In this document: piece after piece, positions 54,017 through 63,975 of the stretch
Position numbering within the stretch: the stretch's first letter is position 1
How the letters are laid out: each line of letters starts with the position of its first letter
Assembly (NCBI GenBank): GCA_002507565.1
Contig: MOXJ01000012.1
Location: forward strand, 1,035-65,034
Direction: 5' to 3'
Length of the DNA: 64,000 nucleotides
Origin: Candidatus Reconcilbacillus cellulovorans
Lineage (GTDB): Bacteria > Bacillota > Bacilli > Paenibacillales > Reconciliibacillaceae
Position numbers and translations under genes: made by a program
Notes under the pieces: generated by a model
The model's input: only the letters and a program-made list of their open reading frames with translations
What the model was told of the DNA's origin: nothing
Databases searched by the model: none

Positions 54017-54045
54017 ATCATATCACAAACCGCCAAATTCGGCAA
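54017..54045 (-). promoter_or_regulatory. Putative sigma-A promoter of the rimP-nusA-infB operon
   Basis: On the minus strand TTGCCG is at 54045-54040, followed by a 17-nt spacer and TGA-TATGAT (extended -10, 54022-54017). It lies immediately after the polC stop. Confidence 0.5.
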
Positions 54046-54048
54046 CCG

Positions 54049-57000
54049 TCAAAACAGCGACAGCTGGTTCGTCTCCGGCATACCGTCGAAACAGCCGAAA
54101 CCGGCGAGCAATTCCACAACGGTCTTGGACACGCGCGTCCTCATCTGGAAATCTTCGACCGACAGGAACGGACCGTCGCGGCGCGCCGCCGCGATGTTGT
54201 TCGCAGCGCTCTCGCCGATGCCGGCGACGGCGGAAAACGGCGGGATGAGCGCATCGCCGTCGATCAAAAACCGCGTCGCGTCCGACCGGTATAGGTCGAT
54301 CGACCGGAACGAGAAGCCTCGGGCGGTCATTTCGAGCGCCATTTCCAACACAGGGATCATGTTTTTTTCCTTTGCGGTCGCCTGCGAACCTTTTTCCTCG
54401 ATCTCTTCGAGTCTGCGCCGAATCGCGTCGTAGCCTCTGACGCACAGCTCGACGTCGAAATCCTCCGCCCGCACGGTGAAAAACGCCGCATAAAAAGCGA
54501 CGGGATGATACACTTTATAGTACGCCGTCCGGACGGCGCTCGTGACGTAGGCGGCGGCATGCGCTTTCGGAAACATGTATTCGATCTTGAGACACGAGTC
54601 GATGTACCACTGCGGCACGCCGTGGCGTTTCATCGCCTCGATCCATTCCGGCGTAAGACCTTTGCCCTTGCGGACGCTTTCCGTAATCTGAAACGCAAGC
54701 GAGGCGTCCATGCCTGCCTTGTAGATGAGATACAGCATGATTTCGTCTCGACAGCCGATGACGGTCTCGATCGTGCAGACGCCGCTTCGGATCAGTTCCT
54801 GCGCATTGCCGATCCAGACGCCGGTGCCGTGCGACAGCCCGGAAATCTGCAGCAGGTCGGAAAACGTCTTGGGCTGGCACTCCTCCAGCATCTGGCGGAC
54901 GAACTTCGTGCCCATTTCCGGAATGCCGTACGTCGCCACCGGGCTGCGGATCTGTTCCGGCGTCACGCCCAGCGCCTCCGTCGACCGGAAAATGCTCAGC
55001 ACTTTTTTGTCGTTCATCGGGATCGTCGTCGGGTCGACGCCGGTCAGTTCGTACAGCATGCGCATCATCGTCGGGTCGTCGTGGCCGAGAATGTCGAGCT
55101 TGAGCAGATTGTCCTCAAACGCGTGGTAGTCGAAATGAGTCGTCTTCCACTCCGACGACGTGTCGTCCGCCGGGTATTGAACCGGTGTCACGTCTTCCAC
55201 TTCGATGTAGTCCGGCACGACGACGATCCCGCCGGGATGCTGGCCGGTGCTGCGCTTGACGCCGGTACACCCGGCGGCCAGGCGCTCCAGTTCGGCCGCC
55301 CGCCATTTCTTGCCGTGGTCTTCCTCGTATTTTTTGACGAAGCCGAACGCGGTCTTGTCCGCGACCGTGCCGATCGTGCCGGCGCGGAAGACGTTCTTTT
55401 CGCCGAACAGTTCTTTCGTGTACTGGTGGGCGCGCGCCTGGTATTCGCCGGAAAAATTCAGGTCGATGTCCGGCACTTTGTCGCCCTTGAAGCCGAGAAA
55501 AGTCTCAAACGGGATGTCCTGACCGTCGCCCTTCATCGTCGCACCGCATTTCGGGCACGGCTTGTCCTCTAGATCAAAGCCGCTTCGGACGCTGCCGTCG
55601 GTGAACCATTCGCTGTACTTGCACGCTGGGCACAAGTAATGCGGCGGCAACGGATTGACTTCGGAGATGCCGAGCATCGTCGCGACGATCGACGAGCCGA
55701 CAGAACCGCGCGAGCCGACGAGGTAGCCGTCTTCGTTCGATTTTTTGACCAGACGTTCGCAGATCAGATAGTTGACAGCGTATCCCGCCTTGATGATCGG
55801 AACAAGTTCCTTTTCCAACCGCGCGGCGACGACTTCCGGCAGTGGGTCGCCGTACATGCGCTTGGCGGCCTCGTAACATTTGGCGCGCATTTCCTCGCCG
55901 GCGCCTTCCATTTTCGGAACAAACAATTGTTTCGGGAAGAGGTCGAACGTCTCGAACTTTTGGGCCAGTTCCCGCGTGTTTTTGACGACGACTTCGTATG
56001 CGACGTCTTCGCCGAGCTCGGCGAATTCCCGCAACATCTCCGCCGTCGTGCGGAAATGGACGTCCGGCTTGCGCTGTTCTTTCAGCGGGCTGAAGCCGGT
56101 GATGTTGTGGATCGTGATGTCGCGGAAAATCTTGTCGCGCGGGTGGATATAATGCGCGTTGCCCGTCGCGATCACCGGCTTGCCGAGTTTTTTGCCGAGC
56201 TCGACGATTTTCCGGTTGGCGTTGACGAGCGCCTCGCGGCTGCCGACCAGCCCCTTGTCGACGAGATGCAAAAACAAGTCCGGCGGCTGGATCTCGAGCA
56301 CGTCGTAAAACTCGGCGATGCGCTCGGCTTCCTCCTCGCTTTTATTCAGCACGGCTTCGAACAGCTCGCCTTTTTCGCACCCCGAGGCGACGAGGATCCC
56401 CTCGCGGTATTCCGCCAGCTTGCTTTTCGGAATGCACGGCACCTTGTTGAAATACTCCGTATGCGACAGCGAAACGAGTTTGAACAGATTTTTCTTGCCC
56501 TGCGCATTCAGTGCGTACAGGCAGCAGTGAAACGGACGCTGGTTGGACAAATCCTTGCCGACATGGGCGTTCAGTTCGTTCAGGTTGCCGAATCCGCGTT
56601 CAACGGCGTCTTTCAGCATATGGAACAAAATTTCACCAAGCGCCCGGCTGTCGTCGATCGCCCGGTGATGCTGATCGAGCCGCACTTCGAATTTTTCCGC
56701 CAACGTGTTCAGCTTGTGATTCTTCAGCGTCGGATAAAAAAGCCGGGCTAATTCCAGCGTGTCGAGCACGGGATTGGCGGGAACCGGCAGGCCGAGCCTA
56801 CGGCAGCATTCGTTCAGAAAGCCGGTGTCGAACCGCGCGTTGTGGGCGACCAGGACGGCGTCGCCGACAAATTCCAGAAACTTCGGCAATACCTGTTCGA
56901 TATCCGGGGCGCCGGCCACCATGTCGTCGGTGATGCGCGTCAGTTCGCGAATGTGCGGCGGAATCGGCTCGTGCGGATTGACGAACGTCGCGAATTCGTC

Positions 57001-58341
57001 GACGACGCGACCGCCGCGCATCTTGACGGCGGCGATTTCGATGATGCGGTTCTGCGTGACGGATAGACCGGTCGTCTCGATGTCGAAGACGACGTAATCG
57101 GTCTGCTGCAGGTCGCGGTCTTCGGCGTTCACCACGATCGGCACGCCGTCGTCGACGACGTTGGCTTCCATGCCGTAAATCAGTTTGATGCCGTATTTTT
57201 TCGCCGCCTTATACGCTTCCGGAAACGCCTGCACGTTGGCGTGGTCGGTGATCGCGATCGCCTCGTGTCCCCAGGCCGCCGCAGTCCGGATATAATCTTC
57301 GGCCGAAGCGACGGCATCCATCGTGCTCATCGTCGTATGTAGGTGAAATTCGACTCGTTTTTCCGGCGCGTCGTCGGTCCGCTCGGGCGGCGGTTCGATT
57401 TCGACTCCGTCGCTAGGCACAAGCACGAGTTCCGGCGGGTTCATGAACCGGTCGTACTCGACGCGGCCGCGCAGGCGGAGCCACATGCCTTCGCGCAACG
57501 CCGAAAAAAGGCGAAGCTCGTCCTTCGTTTTGGCGAACAATTTCGCATAGATCGAATCGGTGTAGTCGGTAACGGCCAGTTGAAACAACGCCGAACCGTT
57601 TTTCAGCTCGCGGCGCTCCAGGCGGAAGACGACGCCTTCGATGGTGACGCGTTTTTCTTCGTCCCGGATGTCCGCCATGCGGACCGGCGTCTCGCCGTCG
57701 AGCCTGGCGCCGAACGCAAACCGTTTTTCCGGTTCCGGCCCTTTCGAGGCCTCTTGCGCCTCCGTCAGTTCCCGAGCCAGCGCCCGGTCTTCCGCTTCGA
57801 CTTGGCGGTAAAACTGTTCGTAATCCGGTTGTGCGTCGCCGACGGTCAGCCGCACCTGATAGTCGCGACCGAATGATTTTTTAAAAAATTCCCTTATATG
57901 TAAGTGAATCTCTTTCCTCCTAGCCATTTCCAACCCGAACGCGTCCGGCAATTCCACCGTTAGAAGGCCGGGTCGGACATCGACGGATGCCTTGGCCAGC
58001 CAACCGTTGACGGACGCGAGTTCATGCTGCGCCCATTCGGTAAACTGACTCCAGTACTCATTCACCAGCGCCGCGTCGTCGACGGACGCGTCGTACAGCA
58101 TGACGAACCGGATGCGCTGCACATGGCGGAATTTGTCGCGGACCGCGCGACAAAATCGGCGATAAACGTCCTGCGGGATGAGCCTCGGGCCGCGCATGAC
58201 GATTGTCCAGGCGTTCTCCGCTTTCGACACTTCGACGCGTTCGACGCAGACGTCCGCAAAATGCGCCGCCTCGCCTTCCGCCAACTCCGCCGCGGACAAC
58301 AGCCGCTCGAACCGCTCGCGCTTTTCCCCCGGATGGCTCAC
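54049..58341 (-). CDS. polC: DNA polymerase III PolC-type alpha subunit
   Basis: The ORF track extends this gene to 58515, overlapping proS. GTG at 58341 follows a GGGGAGGGG SD, and ATG at 58359 is an alternative start. It has an OB fold, a PHP domain, a 3'-5' exonuclease domain (YVVFDIETTGLS) and the polymerase core. Confidence 0.95.
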   Translation of the reverse strand: MSHPGEKRERFERLLSAAELAEGEAAHFADVCVERVEVSKAENAWTIVMRGPRLIPQDVYRRFCRAVRDKFRHVQRIRFVMLYDASVDDAALVNEYWSQFTEWAQHELASVNGWLAKASVDVRPGLLTVELPDAFGLEMARRKEIHLHIREFFKKSFGRDYQVRLTVGDAQPDYEQFYRQVEAEDRALARELTEAQEASKGPEPEKRFAFGARLDGETPVRMADIRDEEKRVTIEGVVFRLERRELKNGSALFQLAVTDYTDSIYAKLFAKTKDELRLFSALREGMWLRLRGRVEYDRFMNPPELVLVPSDGVEIEPPPERTDDAPEKRVEFHLHTTMSTMDAVASAEDYIRTAAAWGHEAIAITDHANVQAFPEAYKAAKKYGIKLIYGMEANVVDDGVPIVVNAEDRDLQQTDYVVFDIETTGLSVTQNRIIEIAAVKMRGGRVVDEFATFVNPHEPIPPHIRELTRITDDMVAGAPDIEQVLPKFLEFVGDAVLVAHNARFDTGFLNECCRRLGLPVPANPVLDTLELARLFYPTLKNHKLNTLAEKFEVRLDQHHRAIDDSRALGEILFHMLKDAVERGFGNLNELNAHVGKDLSNQRPFHCCLYALNAQGKKNLFKLVSLSHTEYFNKVPCIPKSKLAEYREGILVASGCEKGELFEAVLNKSEEEAERIAEFYDVLEIQPPDLFLHLVDKGLVGSREALVNANRKIVELGKKLGKPVIATGNAHYIHPRDKIFRDITIHNITGFSPLKEQRKPDVHFRTTAEMLREFAELGEDVAYEVVVKNTRELAQKFETFDLFPKQLFVPKMEGAGEEMRAKCYEAAKRMYGDPLPEVVAARLEKELVPIIKAGYAVNYLICERLVKKSNEDGYLVGSRGSVGSSIVATMLGISEVNPLPPHYLCPACKYSEWFTDGSVRSGFDLEDKPCPKCGATMKGDGQDIPFETFLGFKGDKVPDIDLNFSGEYQARAHQYTKELFGEKNVFRAGTIGTVADKTAFGFVKKYEEDHGKKWRAAELERLAAGCTGVKRSTGQHPGGIVVVPDYIEVEDVTPVQYPADDTSSEWKTTHFDYHAFEDNLLKLDILGHDDPTMMRMLYELTGVDPTTIPMNDKKVLSIFRSTEALGVTPEQIRSPVATYGIPEMGTKFVRQMLEECQPKTFSDLLQISGLSHGTGVWIGNAQELIRSGVCTIETVIGCRDEIMLYLIYKAGMDASLAFQITESVRKGKGLTPEWIEAMKRHGVPQWYIDSCLKIEYMFPKAHAAAYVTSAVRTAYYKVYHPVAFYAAFFTVRAEDFDVELCVRGYDAIRRRLEEIEEKGSQATAKEKNMIPVLEMALEMTARGFSFRSIDLYRSDATRFLIDGDALIPPFSAVAGIGESAANNIAAARRDGPFLSVEDFQMRTRVSKTVVELLAGFGCFDGMPETNQLSLF

Positions 58342-58361
58342 CGGAACCCCTCCCCGCATTC

Positions 58362-59810
58362 TCAGTACGACTTGCCGAAAACGACCGTATACGCCGCCGG
58401 TTCGCCGCAGACGAGGCAACGGGTTTTGGATTCGGGCGGTTCGAACGGAATGTTGCGGCTCGTCGCGCCCGTCGCTTCCCGCACGCGCAGTTCGCAGGAA
58501 TCCTCGCCGCACCAACCGGCGACGCCGAATCCGCGCGTCTCTTCGAGGAAAAGACGGAACTCCTCCAGCGTCTCCACCGGCCGCGTGTGCTCGTGAAGAA
58601 AGCGCTTGGCGCGCTCGTACATGAGACGATGATTTTCCTCCAACATCCGCAGCGTTTCCTCCACCGCGCGTTCCTGCGGCACGGTCCGCTTTTCGCCGGA
58701 GACGCGCGACACCAACACTACGGCGCCGTTTTCCAGATCGCGAGGCCCGAGTTCAAGCCGAACGGGAACGCCGCGCAGCTCGTATTCGTTGAACTTCCAA
58801 CCCGGGCTTTGGTCTGGGGAATCGTCGACTTTGACGCGGACGCCGGCGGTCTTCAGGCGCTCGCCGAGTTCGTGCGTTTTGGCGACGACGGCCTCCCGCG
58901 CCTTCGCCGGACCGATCGGAATGAGCACCGCCTGCGTCGGCGCGATTTTCGGAGGCAGCATAAGGCCGCGATCGTCGCCGTGCGCCATGATGACGGCGCC
59001 GATCAGCCGAGTGCTGACGCCCCATGATGTGGTGTGCGCGTACTGTCGCTTGTTTTCCCGGTCCAGATACTGAATGTTGAACGCCTGCGCGAAATTCGTC
59101 CCCATGTAATGCGACGTCCCCGCCTGGACGGCGCGCCCGTCGCGCATCATCGCCTCAATCGAATACGTTTCCAGCGCGCCGGCGAATTTTTCGAGCCGCG
59201 TCTTTCGGCCGGCAATGACCGGCAGCGCAAGCACGTTTTCGGCGAATTCCCGGTACACGTCGAGCATGCGCAACGTTTCGCGGCGCGCGTCTTCTTCGTT
59301 CTCGTGCGCCGTATGGCCTTCCTGCCACAAAAATTCGGTCGTCCGCAAAAAGGGCAGCGTCCGCTTCTCCCACCGGACGACGTTCGCCCACTGGTTGATC
59401 AGCAGCGGAAGATCGCGATACGACTGAATCCAGCTGGCGAACATATGACCGATGACGGTTTCGGACGTCGGCCGGATCGCAAGGCGTTCCTCGAGCTTTT
59501 CACCGCCTGCCTCGGTCACCCACGGCAGTTCGGGATTGAAACCTTCGACGTGTTCCTTCTCTTTAAGCAAAAAACTTTCCGGAATCAAGAGCGGAAAGTA
59601 GGCGTTGCGGTGTCCCGTCGCCTTGAACCGCGCGTCTAATTCTTTCTGAATGAGCTCCCATATCTCATACCCGTCCGGGCGAAAGACGATGCAGCCGCGC
59701 ACGGGAGCGTAACTCATCAGCTCCGCTTTCGTGATGACGTCGAGATACCATCTCGAGAAATCTTCCGATTGCGGCGTAATTTCCTTGACGAAAGCCTTGT
59801 CCTGCGCCAT
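58362..59810 (-). CDS. proS: Proline--tRNA ligase, archaeal/eukaryote-like architecture (no INS editing domain)
   Basis: 482 aa. The N-terminus is MAQDKAFVKEITPQSEDFSRWYLDVITKAELMSYAPVRGC. The C-terminal domain ends CLVCGEPAAYTVVFGKSY. Both features are typical of the short ProRS type, not the B. subtilis-like ProRS of about 565 aa. Confidence 0.92.
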   Translation of the reverse strand: MAQDKAFVKEITPQSEDFSRWYLDVITKAELMSYAPVRGCIVFRPDGYEIWELIQKELDARFKATGHRNAYFPLLIPESFLLKEKEHVEGFNPELPWVTEAGGEKLEERLAIRPTSETVIGHMFASWIQSYRDLPLLINQWANVVRWEKRTLPFLRTTEFLWQEGHTAHENEEDARRETLRMLDVYREFAENVLALPVIAGRKTRLEKFAGALETYSIEAMMRDGRAVQAGTSHYMGTNFAQAFNIQYLDRENKRQYAHTTSWGVSTRLIGAVIMAHGDDRGLMLPPKIAPTQAVLIPIGPAKAREAVVAKTHELGERLKTAGVRVKVDDSPDQSPGWKFNEYELRGVPVRLELGPRDLENGAVVLVSRVSGEKRTVPQERAVEETLRMLEENHRLMYERAKRFLHEHTRPVETLEEFRLFLEETRGFGVAGWCGEDSCELRVREATGATSRNIPFEPPESKTRCLVCGEPAAYTVVFGKSY

Positions 59811-59840
59811 CGGCGTCGGCCGGCCTCCTTCCTTTCCGCG

Positions 59841-61091
59841 TCAACGGCGGACGAGATTCAAAATGTCGTTATAGGTAACGGCAAGCATCAGCAGCATCAG
59901 CATGGCAAACCCGATAAAATGAACGAGGCTTTCGCGGCTGGGATCGACCGGTTTGCCGCGGATTGCTTCCAGCGCCAGAAACATCAGCCGGCTTCCGTCG
60001 AGCGCCGGAAACGGCAGCAGATTGAAAACGGCGAGGTACAGACTGAGCAAGGCGAACCAGAACGTATATTCCGGCAACCCTTTGGCCGCCTGTTCGCCCG
60101 ACACGCGCACGATGCCGACCGGTCCCGTCAGATCATCGAGCGTAAACCGACCGGACAGAAGCAACCGGAATCCTTCCAAGATCCGCCCGGTCGCGCCGAC
60201 CAAGCTGTTCCACCCGCCTTCAACGACTTCGCCGACGGTCGCGCGCCGCTTGCCGTGCGGCGCCAGCTCGACGCCGATCCGACCGTCCGGTCCCGGCGGC
60301 GGAACGGTCAGCGACCGCACGCTGCCGTCGCGCAACACTTCCCAGACGGTGGGACGGTTTGAATTCCGGATAAGTTCTGACAACGTTTCAAAGTCGTAGC
60401 CGACTTCCCGGCCGTCAATGCGAAGAATGACGTCGCCGGCCTGCAAGCCAGCCCGTTCGGCAGGGCCGCCGCCGACAACGGCGTGAACCCGGTATCGCTC
60501 CGGGATGCCTGCAAGCGCGACCGCAGCCATAAAGAGAACGAACGCCAATAATACATTCATCATCGGCCCTGCGGCGATCGCCATCGCCCGCTGGCCGACC
60601 GTCTTACTGCCAAACTGGCGGTTCCAGGGCGCGATCTGAATCTGCCTGCCGCGCACGACGACATGGGCGTCCGGAAGGACGCGGTACGTCCTACGCTCGT
60701 CGCCGATACGAAGCCGAATGATCAGCTCCCGCTCCAGGTCGACTTCTTCCGCTTCCCCCCGCAGCTCGGCGTTGCGCTCGTCCAGCCGGTCCGTGTAGAT
60801 GCGGCTGATGCAGCCGTCTTTCAGATCGGCGGCTATCGTTTGGCCCGGCCGGACGAAGACGACTTCCGGATCTTCGCCGGCCATCCGGACGAACCCGCCG
60901 ATCGGCAGTAGCCGAAGCGTGTACCATGTTTCTCCCCGACGGAACGAAAACAGCTTCGGTCCGAAGCCGATCGCGAACTCGCGTACCAAAATGCCGGCCC
61001 GTTTCGCGAAATAAAAATGCCCCCATTCGTGAACGGTGACCAGCGTGAAAAACATAAACACGACCAACAAAACGGTCTGCGGTGTGAACAA
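59841..61091 (-). CDS. rseP: RIP metalloprotease RseP/RasP (M50, PDZ)
   Basis: 416 aa with a TTG start behind GGGGAGGTGG. It has the HExxH motif (VHEWGHFYFAK), a PDZ domain and a C-terminal LDG motif (NLLPFPALDGSR). Confidence 0.93.
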   Translation of the reverse strand: MFTPQTVLLVVFMFFTLVTVHEWGHFYFAKRAGILVREFAIGFGPKLFSFRRGETWYTLRLLPIGGFVRMAGEDPEVVFVRPGQTIAADLKDGCISRIYTDRLDERNAELRGEAEEVDLERELIIRLRIGDERRTYRVLPDAHVVVRGRQIQIAPWNRQFGSKTVGQRAMAIAAGPMMNVLLAFVLFMAAVALAGIPERYRVHAVVGGGPAERAGLQAGDVILRIDGREVGYDFETLSELIRNSNRPTVWEVLRDGSVRSLTVPPPGPDGRIGVELAPHGKRRATVGEVVEGGWNSLVGATGRILEGFRLLLSGRFTLDDLTGPVGIVRVSGEQAAKGLPEYTFWFALLSLYLAVFNLLPFPALDGSRLMFLALEAIRGKPVDPSRESLVHFIGFAMLMLLMLAVTYNDILNLVRR

Positions 61092-61224
61092 ACCGCCACC
61101 TCCCCGCGCCTGCGGCGTACGAACCGTCGGCGCTCCTCGGAATTTAGATTAACACGAACGTCTGCTGTCATACAAGCAAGGAAAGCGTCGCAAGCGGGTG
61201 TCCCGGACCGGACGCCCCGACGAC

Positions 61225-62370
61225 TCATCCGGCGCGAAATCGGCTCGCCTCTTCCCTTGCCCAAGCGTCGGCTTCCAAGACCGTCTCCAAATCCGGATCC
61301 GGAATCGGGCGATGCCGACTCAACACCGACTCGACGCACGCCTCGATATCCAGAAAGGACAACTCGCCGCTTAAAAAACGGCGGACGGCGATCTCGTTGG
61401 CCGCGTTGTACACAGCCGGCATCGTACCGCCGATCTTGCCGCTTTCAAACGCCATCGCCAGAGCAGGGAATCGTCGGAAATCAACCGTCCGGAAATGGAG
61501 AGACCCGATTTGCGTCAGATCGAGCCTCGGCGCCGGACTGTCCAGACGGTCGGGATAAGTGAGAGCGTACTGGATCGGCACCCGCATGTCGGGAACCCCG
61601 AGCTGGGCGAGCACGCTGCCGTCGACGAACTCGACGAGGGAATGGACGACGCTTTCCGGATGGAGCAAGACCGCGATGCGTTCGTACGGCACGCCGAACA
61701 GCCAGTGCGCTTCGATCACCTCGAGCCCTTTGTTCGCCATCGTCGCACTGTCTACGGTGATTTTCGCACCCATCGACCAGTTCGGGTGCTGAAGCGCCTC
61801 CTCCACCGTGACACCGACCAGTTCTTCCCGGCTTCGATCGCGGAAACTGCCGCCGGAAGCCGTCAGTACGAGCCGGGCTACGCGGGAAGTGTCGCGGCCG
61901 TTCAGACACTGGAAAATCGCCGAATGTTCGCTATCGACCGGCACGATCGCGACGCCCTTTCGGACGGCGGCGGCCGTCACGAGATGGCCGGCGGCGACAA
62001 GAGCTTCTTTGTTGGCGAGACAAACCTGCTTTCCCGCCTCAACCGCCGCCAAAACGGGCCTCAGCCCCGCACTGCCGACCACGGCAGCGACGACCGTATC
62101 CGCTTCCGTACCGGCGGCCGCCTCGATCAATCCTTCTTCCCCCCACAATATACGCAGGCCGGGAAAAAGAAGGCGCAATCGCTCCGCAGCCTCGCGCGTC
62201 GCGACCGCGGCGGTGCGAGGGCGGAAGGCGGCGATTTGTTGGGCCAGTCGATCGATGTTTGCGCCGGCCGCGAGCACCTCGACGCGGAACCGGTCGGGAT
62301 GCCGCGCGACGACATCCAGCGTCTGTGTCCCGATCGATCCGGTCGATCCCAACACGGCGATGCGCTTCAA
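61225..62370 (-). CDS. dxr: 1-deoxy-D-xylulose 5-phosphate reductoisomerase
   Basis: 381 aa. The sequence is MKRIAVLGSTGSIGTQTLDVV...PVDSEHSAIFQCL... Confidence 0.96.
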   Translation of the reverse strand: MKRIAVLGSTGSIGTQTLDVVARHPDRFRVEVLAAGANIDRLAQQIAAFRPRTAAVATREAAERLRLLFPGLRILWGEEGLIEAAAGTEADTVVAAVVGSAGLRPVLAAVEAGKQVCLANKEALVAAGHLVTAAAVRKGVAIVPVDSEHSAIFQCLNGRDTSRVARLVLTASGGSFRDRSREELVGVTVEEALQHPNWSMGAKITVDSATMANKGLEVIEAHWLFGVPYERIAVLLHPESVVHSLVEFVDGSVLAQLGVPDMRVPIQYALTYPDRLDSPAPRLDLTQIGSLHFRTVDFRRFPALAMAFESGKIGGTMPAVYNAANEIAVRRFLSGELSFLDIEACVESVLSRHRPIPDPDLETVLEADAWAREEASRFRAG

Positions 62371-62398
62371 CTCGCTCCCCCCGTCTCTGGACTCTGTC

Positions 62399-63214
62399 CT
62401 ACATCGGCCACCATGGCAAACTATACACGAAAGGAAAAACGATCAGCCAGCTGTCCGTCCGATCGAGAACACCGCCGTGACCGGGTAAAACGGCCCCGCT
62501 GTCCTTAACCCCCTGTACGCGCTTGTACGCCGACTGGATCAAGTCACCAAGCTGGGCGACGACCGCGAGCAGCGCTCCCCATCCAGCAGCCGCCGGCATT
62601 TCCGGCGCCACTGGAGCGAAAACGGCGAACAAAACGGCGCACGCCGCCGCGACGGCGACGCCGCCAATGGCGCCTTCGACCGTTTTGTTGGGGCTTAGCT
62701 CGGGGATCCATTTGCGGCGACCGAACCATTTCCCGCAAAAATACGCGCCTGAATCCGTCGCCCATACGACCGCGAAGAGGAAAAGCGCAAGCCAAAATCC
62801 CCGCTCGCCGAATTCCCGAATGGCGAGCATGGCGTGAAAACCAATCCCAATGTAAAGGACGCCCAGCAGCGTGAGCGCCGCATCGCGGTAAGTCAGGCGG
62901 TTCCGGCTGACGACGGTGCCGGCGAGCAATAGCGCCACAAGCGCCCATACGCCGAACAAGGCGGATACGGATCCGCCACCTGCGGCTCCGGCGAAGAAAC
63001 GGAACGCCTGATCTCCTTGCACGACGAGAACGAGCGTGGCGACCGTCGAAAAGACATTCGCGAACGGAGAGCGGATTCCGCTGATCCGCTGAAATTCCGC
63101 CGCCGCCACCGCCGCCAAAACGCCTATCAGAATATGATATAACCAACCACCCCATCCCAGAACAAACAAAAACAAAGCCCCCGCCGTTACGCCGGTGACG
63201 ATCCGTCTTATCAT
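62399..63214 (-). CDS. cdsA: Phosphatidate cytidylyltransferase
   Basis: 271 aa, polytopic, with the CTP_transf_1 signature (SAYKRVQGVKDSGAVLPGHGGVLDRTDS). Confidence 0.93.
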   Translation of the reverse strand: MIRRIVTGVTAGALFLFVLGWGGWLYHILIGVLAAVAAAEFQRISGIRSPFANVFSTVATLVLVVQGDQAFRFFAGAAGGGSVSALFGVWALVALLLAGTVVSRNRLTYRDAALTLLGVLYIGIGFHAMLAIREFGERGFWLALFLFAVVWATDSGAYFCGKWFGRRKWIPELSPNKTVEGAIGGVAVAAACAVLFAVFAPVAPEMPAAAGWGALLAVVAQLGDLIQSAYKRVQGVKDSGAVLPGHGGVLDRTDSWLIVFPFVYSLPWWPM

Positions 63215-63975
63215 TCCAAACCTCCGTATCGGCGAACGCGTCGCTGATAGTGGGCGATCGCCTCATAAAAATGGTCTTCGGTGAATTCCGGCCAGTAAGT
63301 GTCCGTAAACCACAATTCCGAGTACGCCATCTGCCAGAGCATGAAATTGCTGACTCGGATTTCGCCGCTCGTGCGGATGACGAGATCGGGATCCGGCAAG
63401 TCACTTGTAAACAGGCAACCGGAAAACCGGCGTTCGTCGATGTCGGAAGGTTCGAGCGCGCCTTCGCGGATCAGGCGCCCCAGCTCGCGCACGGCGTGCA
63501 AAATTTCGAGACGGCTTCCGTAATTCAAGGCGAAATTGAGGATCAGGCCGGTGTTATGCTGCGTCCGGCGGATGGCCTCGTCGACGGGCCGCAGCGTATA
63601 GTCCGGCAGGCCGTCGCGAAAGCCCATCATCCGCACACGGACGTTACGTTCGACCAGCTCGTCGATCATTTGGGGAAAAAACATTTCCGGCAAACGCATC
63701 AAATATTCGACTTCTTCCCGAGGACGTTTCCAATTTTCCGTTGAAAACGCGTACAGAGTTAAGACGCCGATGCCCAACCGGTCCGCCGCCGCGACAATTT
63801 TCCGGATCGTCTGCATGCCGGAATGATGACCGGCGACGCGGGGCAACCCGCGCCGCTTCGCCCAACGACCGTTGCCGTCCATGATGATCGCCACATGGCG
63901 CGGAATGTCGCCGGCCTTCAGACGCTCGACGAAGGACCGTCGACGCCTGAACCACCGGCCGAATCCGATTCCCAT
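63211..63975 (-). CDS. uppS: Isoprenyl transferase (undecaprenyl diphosphate synthase)
   Basis: The ORF runs 63211-63987 (GTG). ATG at 63975 has the better SD (GGTGGGG). The motifs are PRHVAIIMDGNGRWA...LTLYAFSTENWKRP...RTSGEIRVSNFMLWQ. Confidence 0.94.
   Translation of the reverse strand: MGIGFGRWFRRRRSFVERLKAGDIPRHVAIIMDGNGRWAKRRGLPRVAGHHSGMQTIRKIVAAADRLGIGVLTLYAFSTENWKRPREEVEYLMRLPEMFFPQMIDELVERNVRVRMMGFRDGLPDYTLRPVDEAIRRTQHNTGLILNFALNYGSRLEILHAVRELGRLIREGALEPSDIDERRFSGCLFTSDLPDPDLVIRTSGEIRVSNFMLWQMAYSELWFTDTYWPEFTEDHFYEAIAHYQRRVRRYGGLE

Noticed and set aside
59811-59840. A possible T-box or other leader upstream of proS.
   Set aside because: Only 30 nt separate the rseP stop from the proS start. 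That space is occupied by the SD, so a riboswitch of about 200 nt cannot fit.
61190-61224. A GC-rich stem (GGGTGTCC...GGACGCCC) after dxr, considered as a terminator.
   Set aside because: No U-tract follows on the transcribed strand, and rseP probably continues the same transcript.
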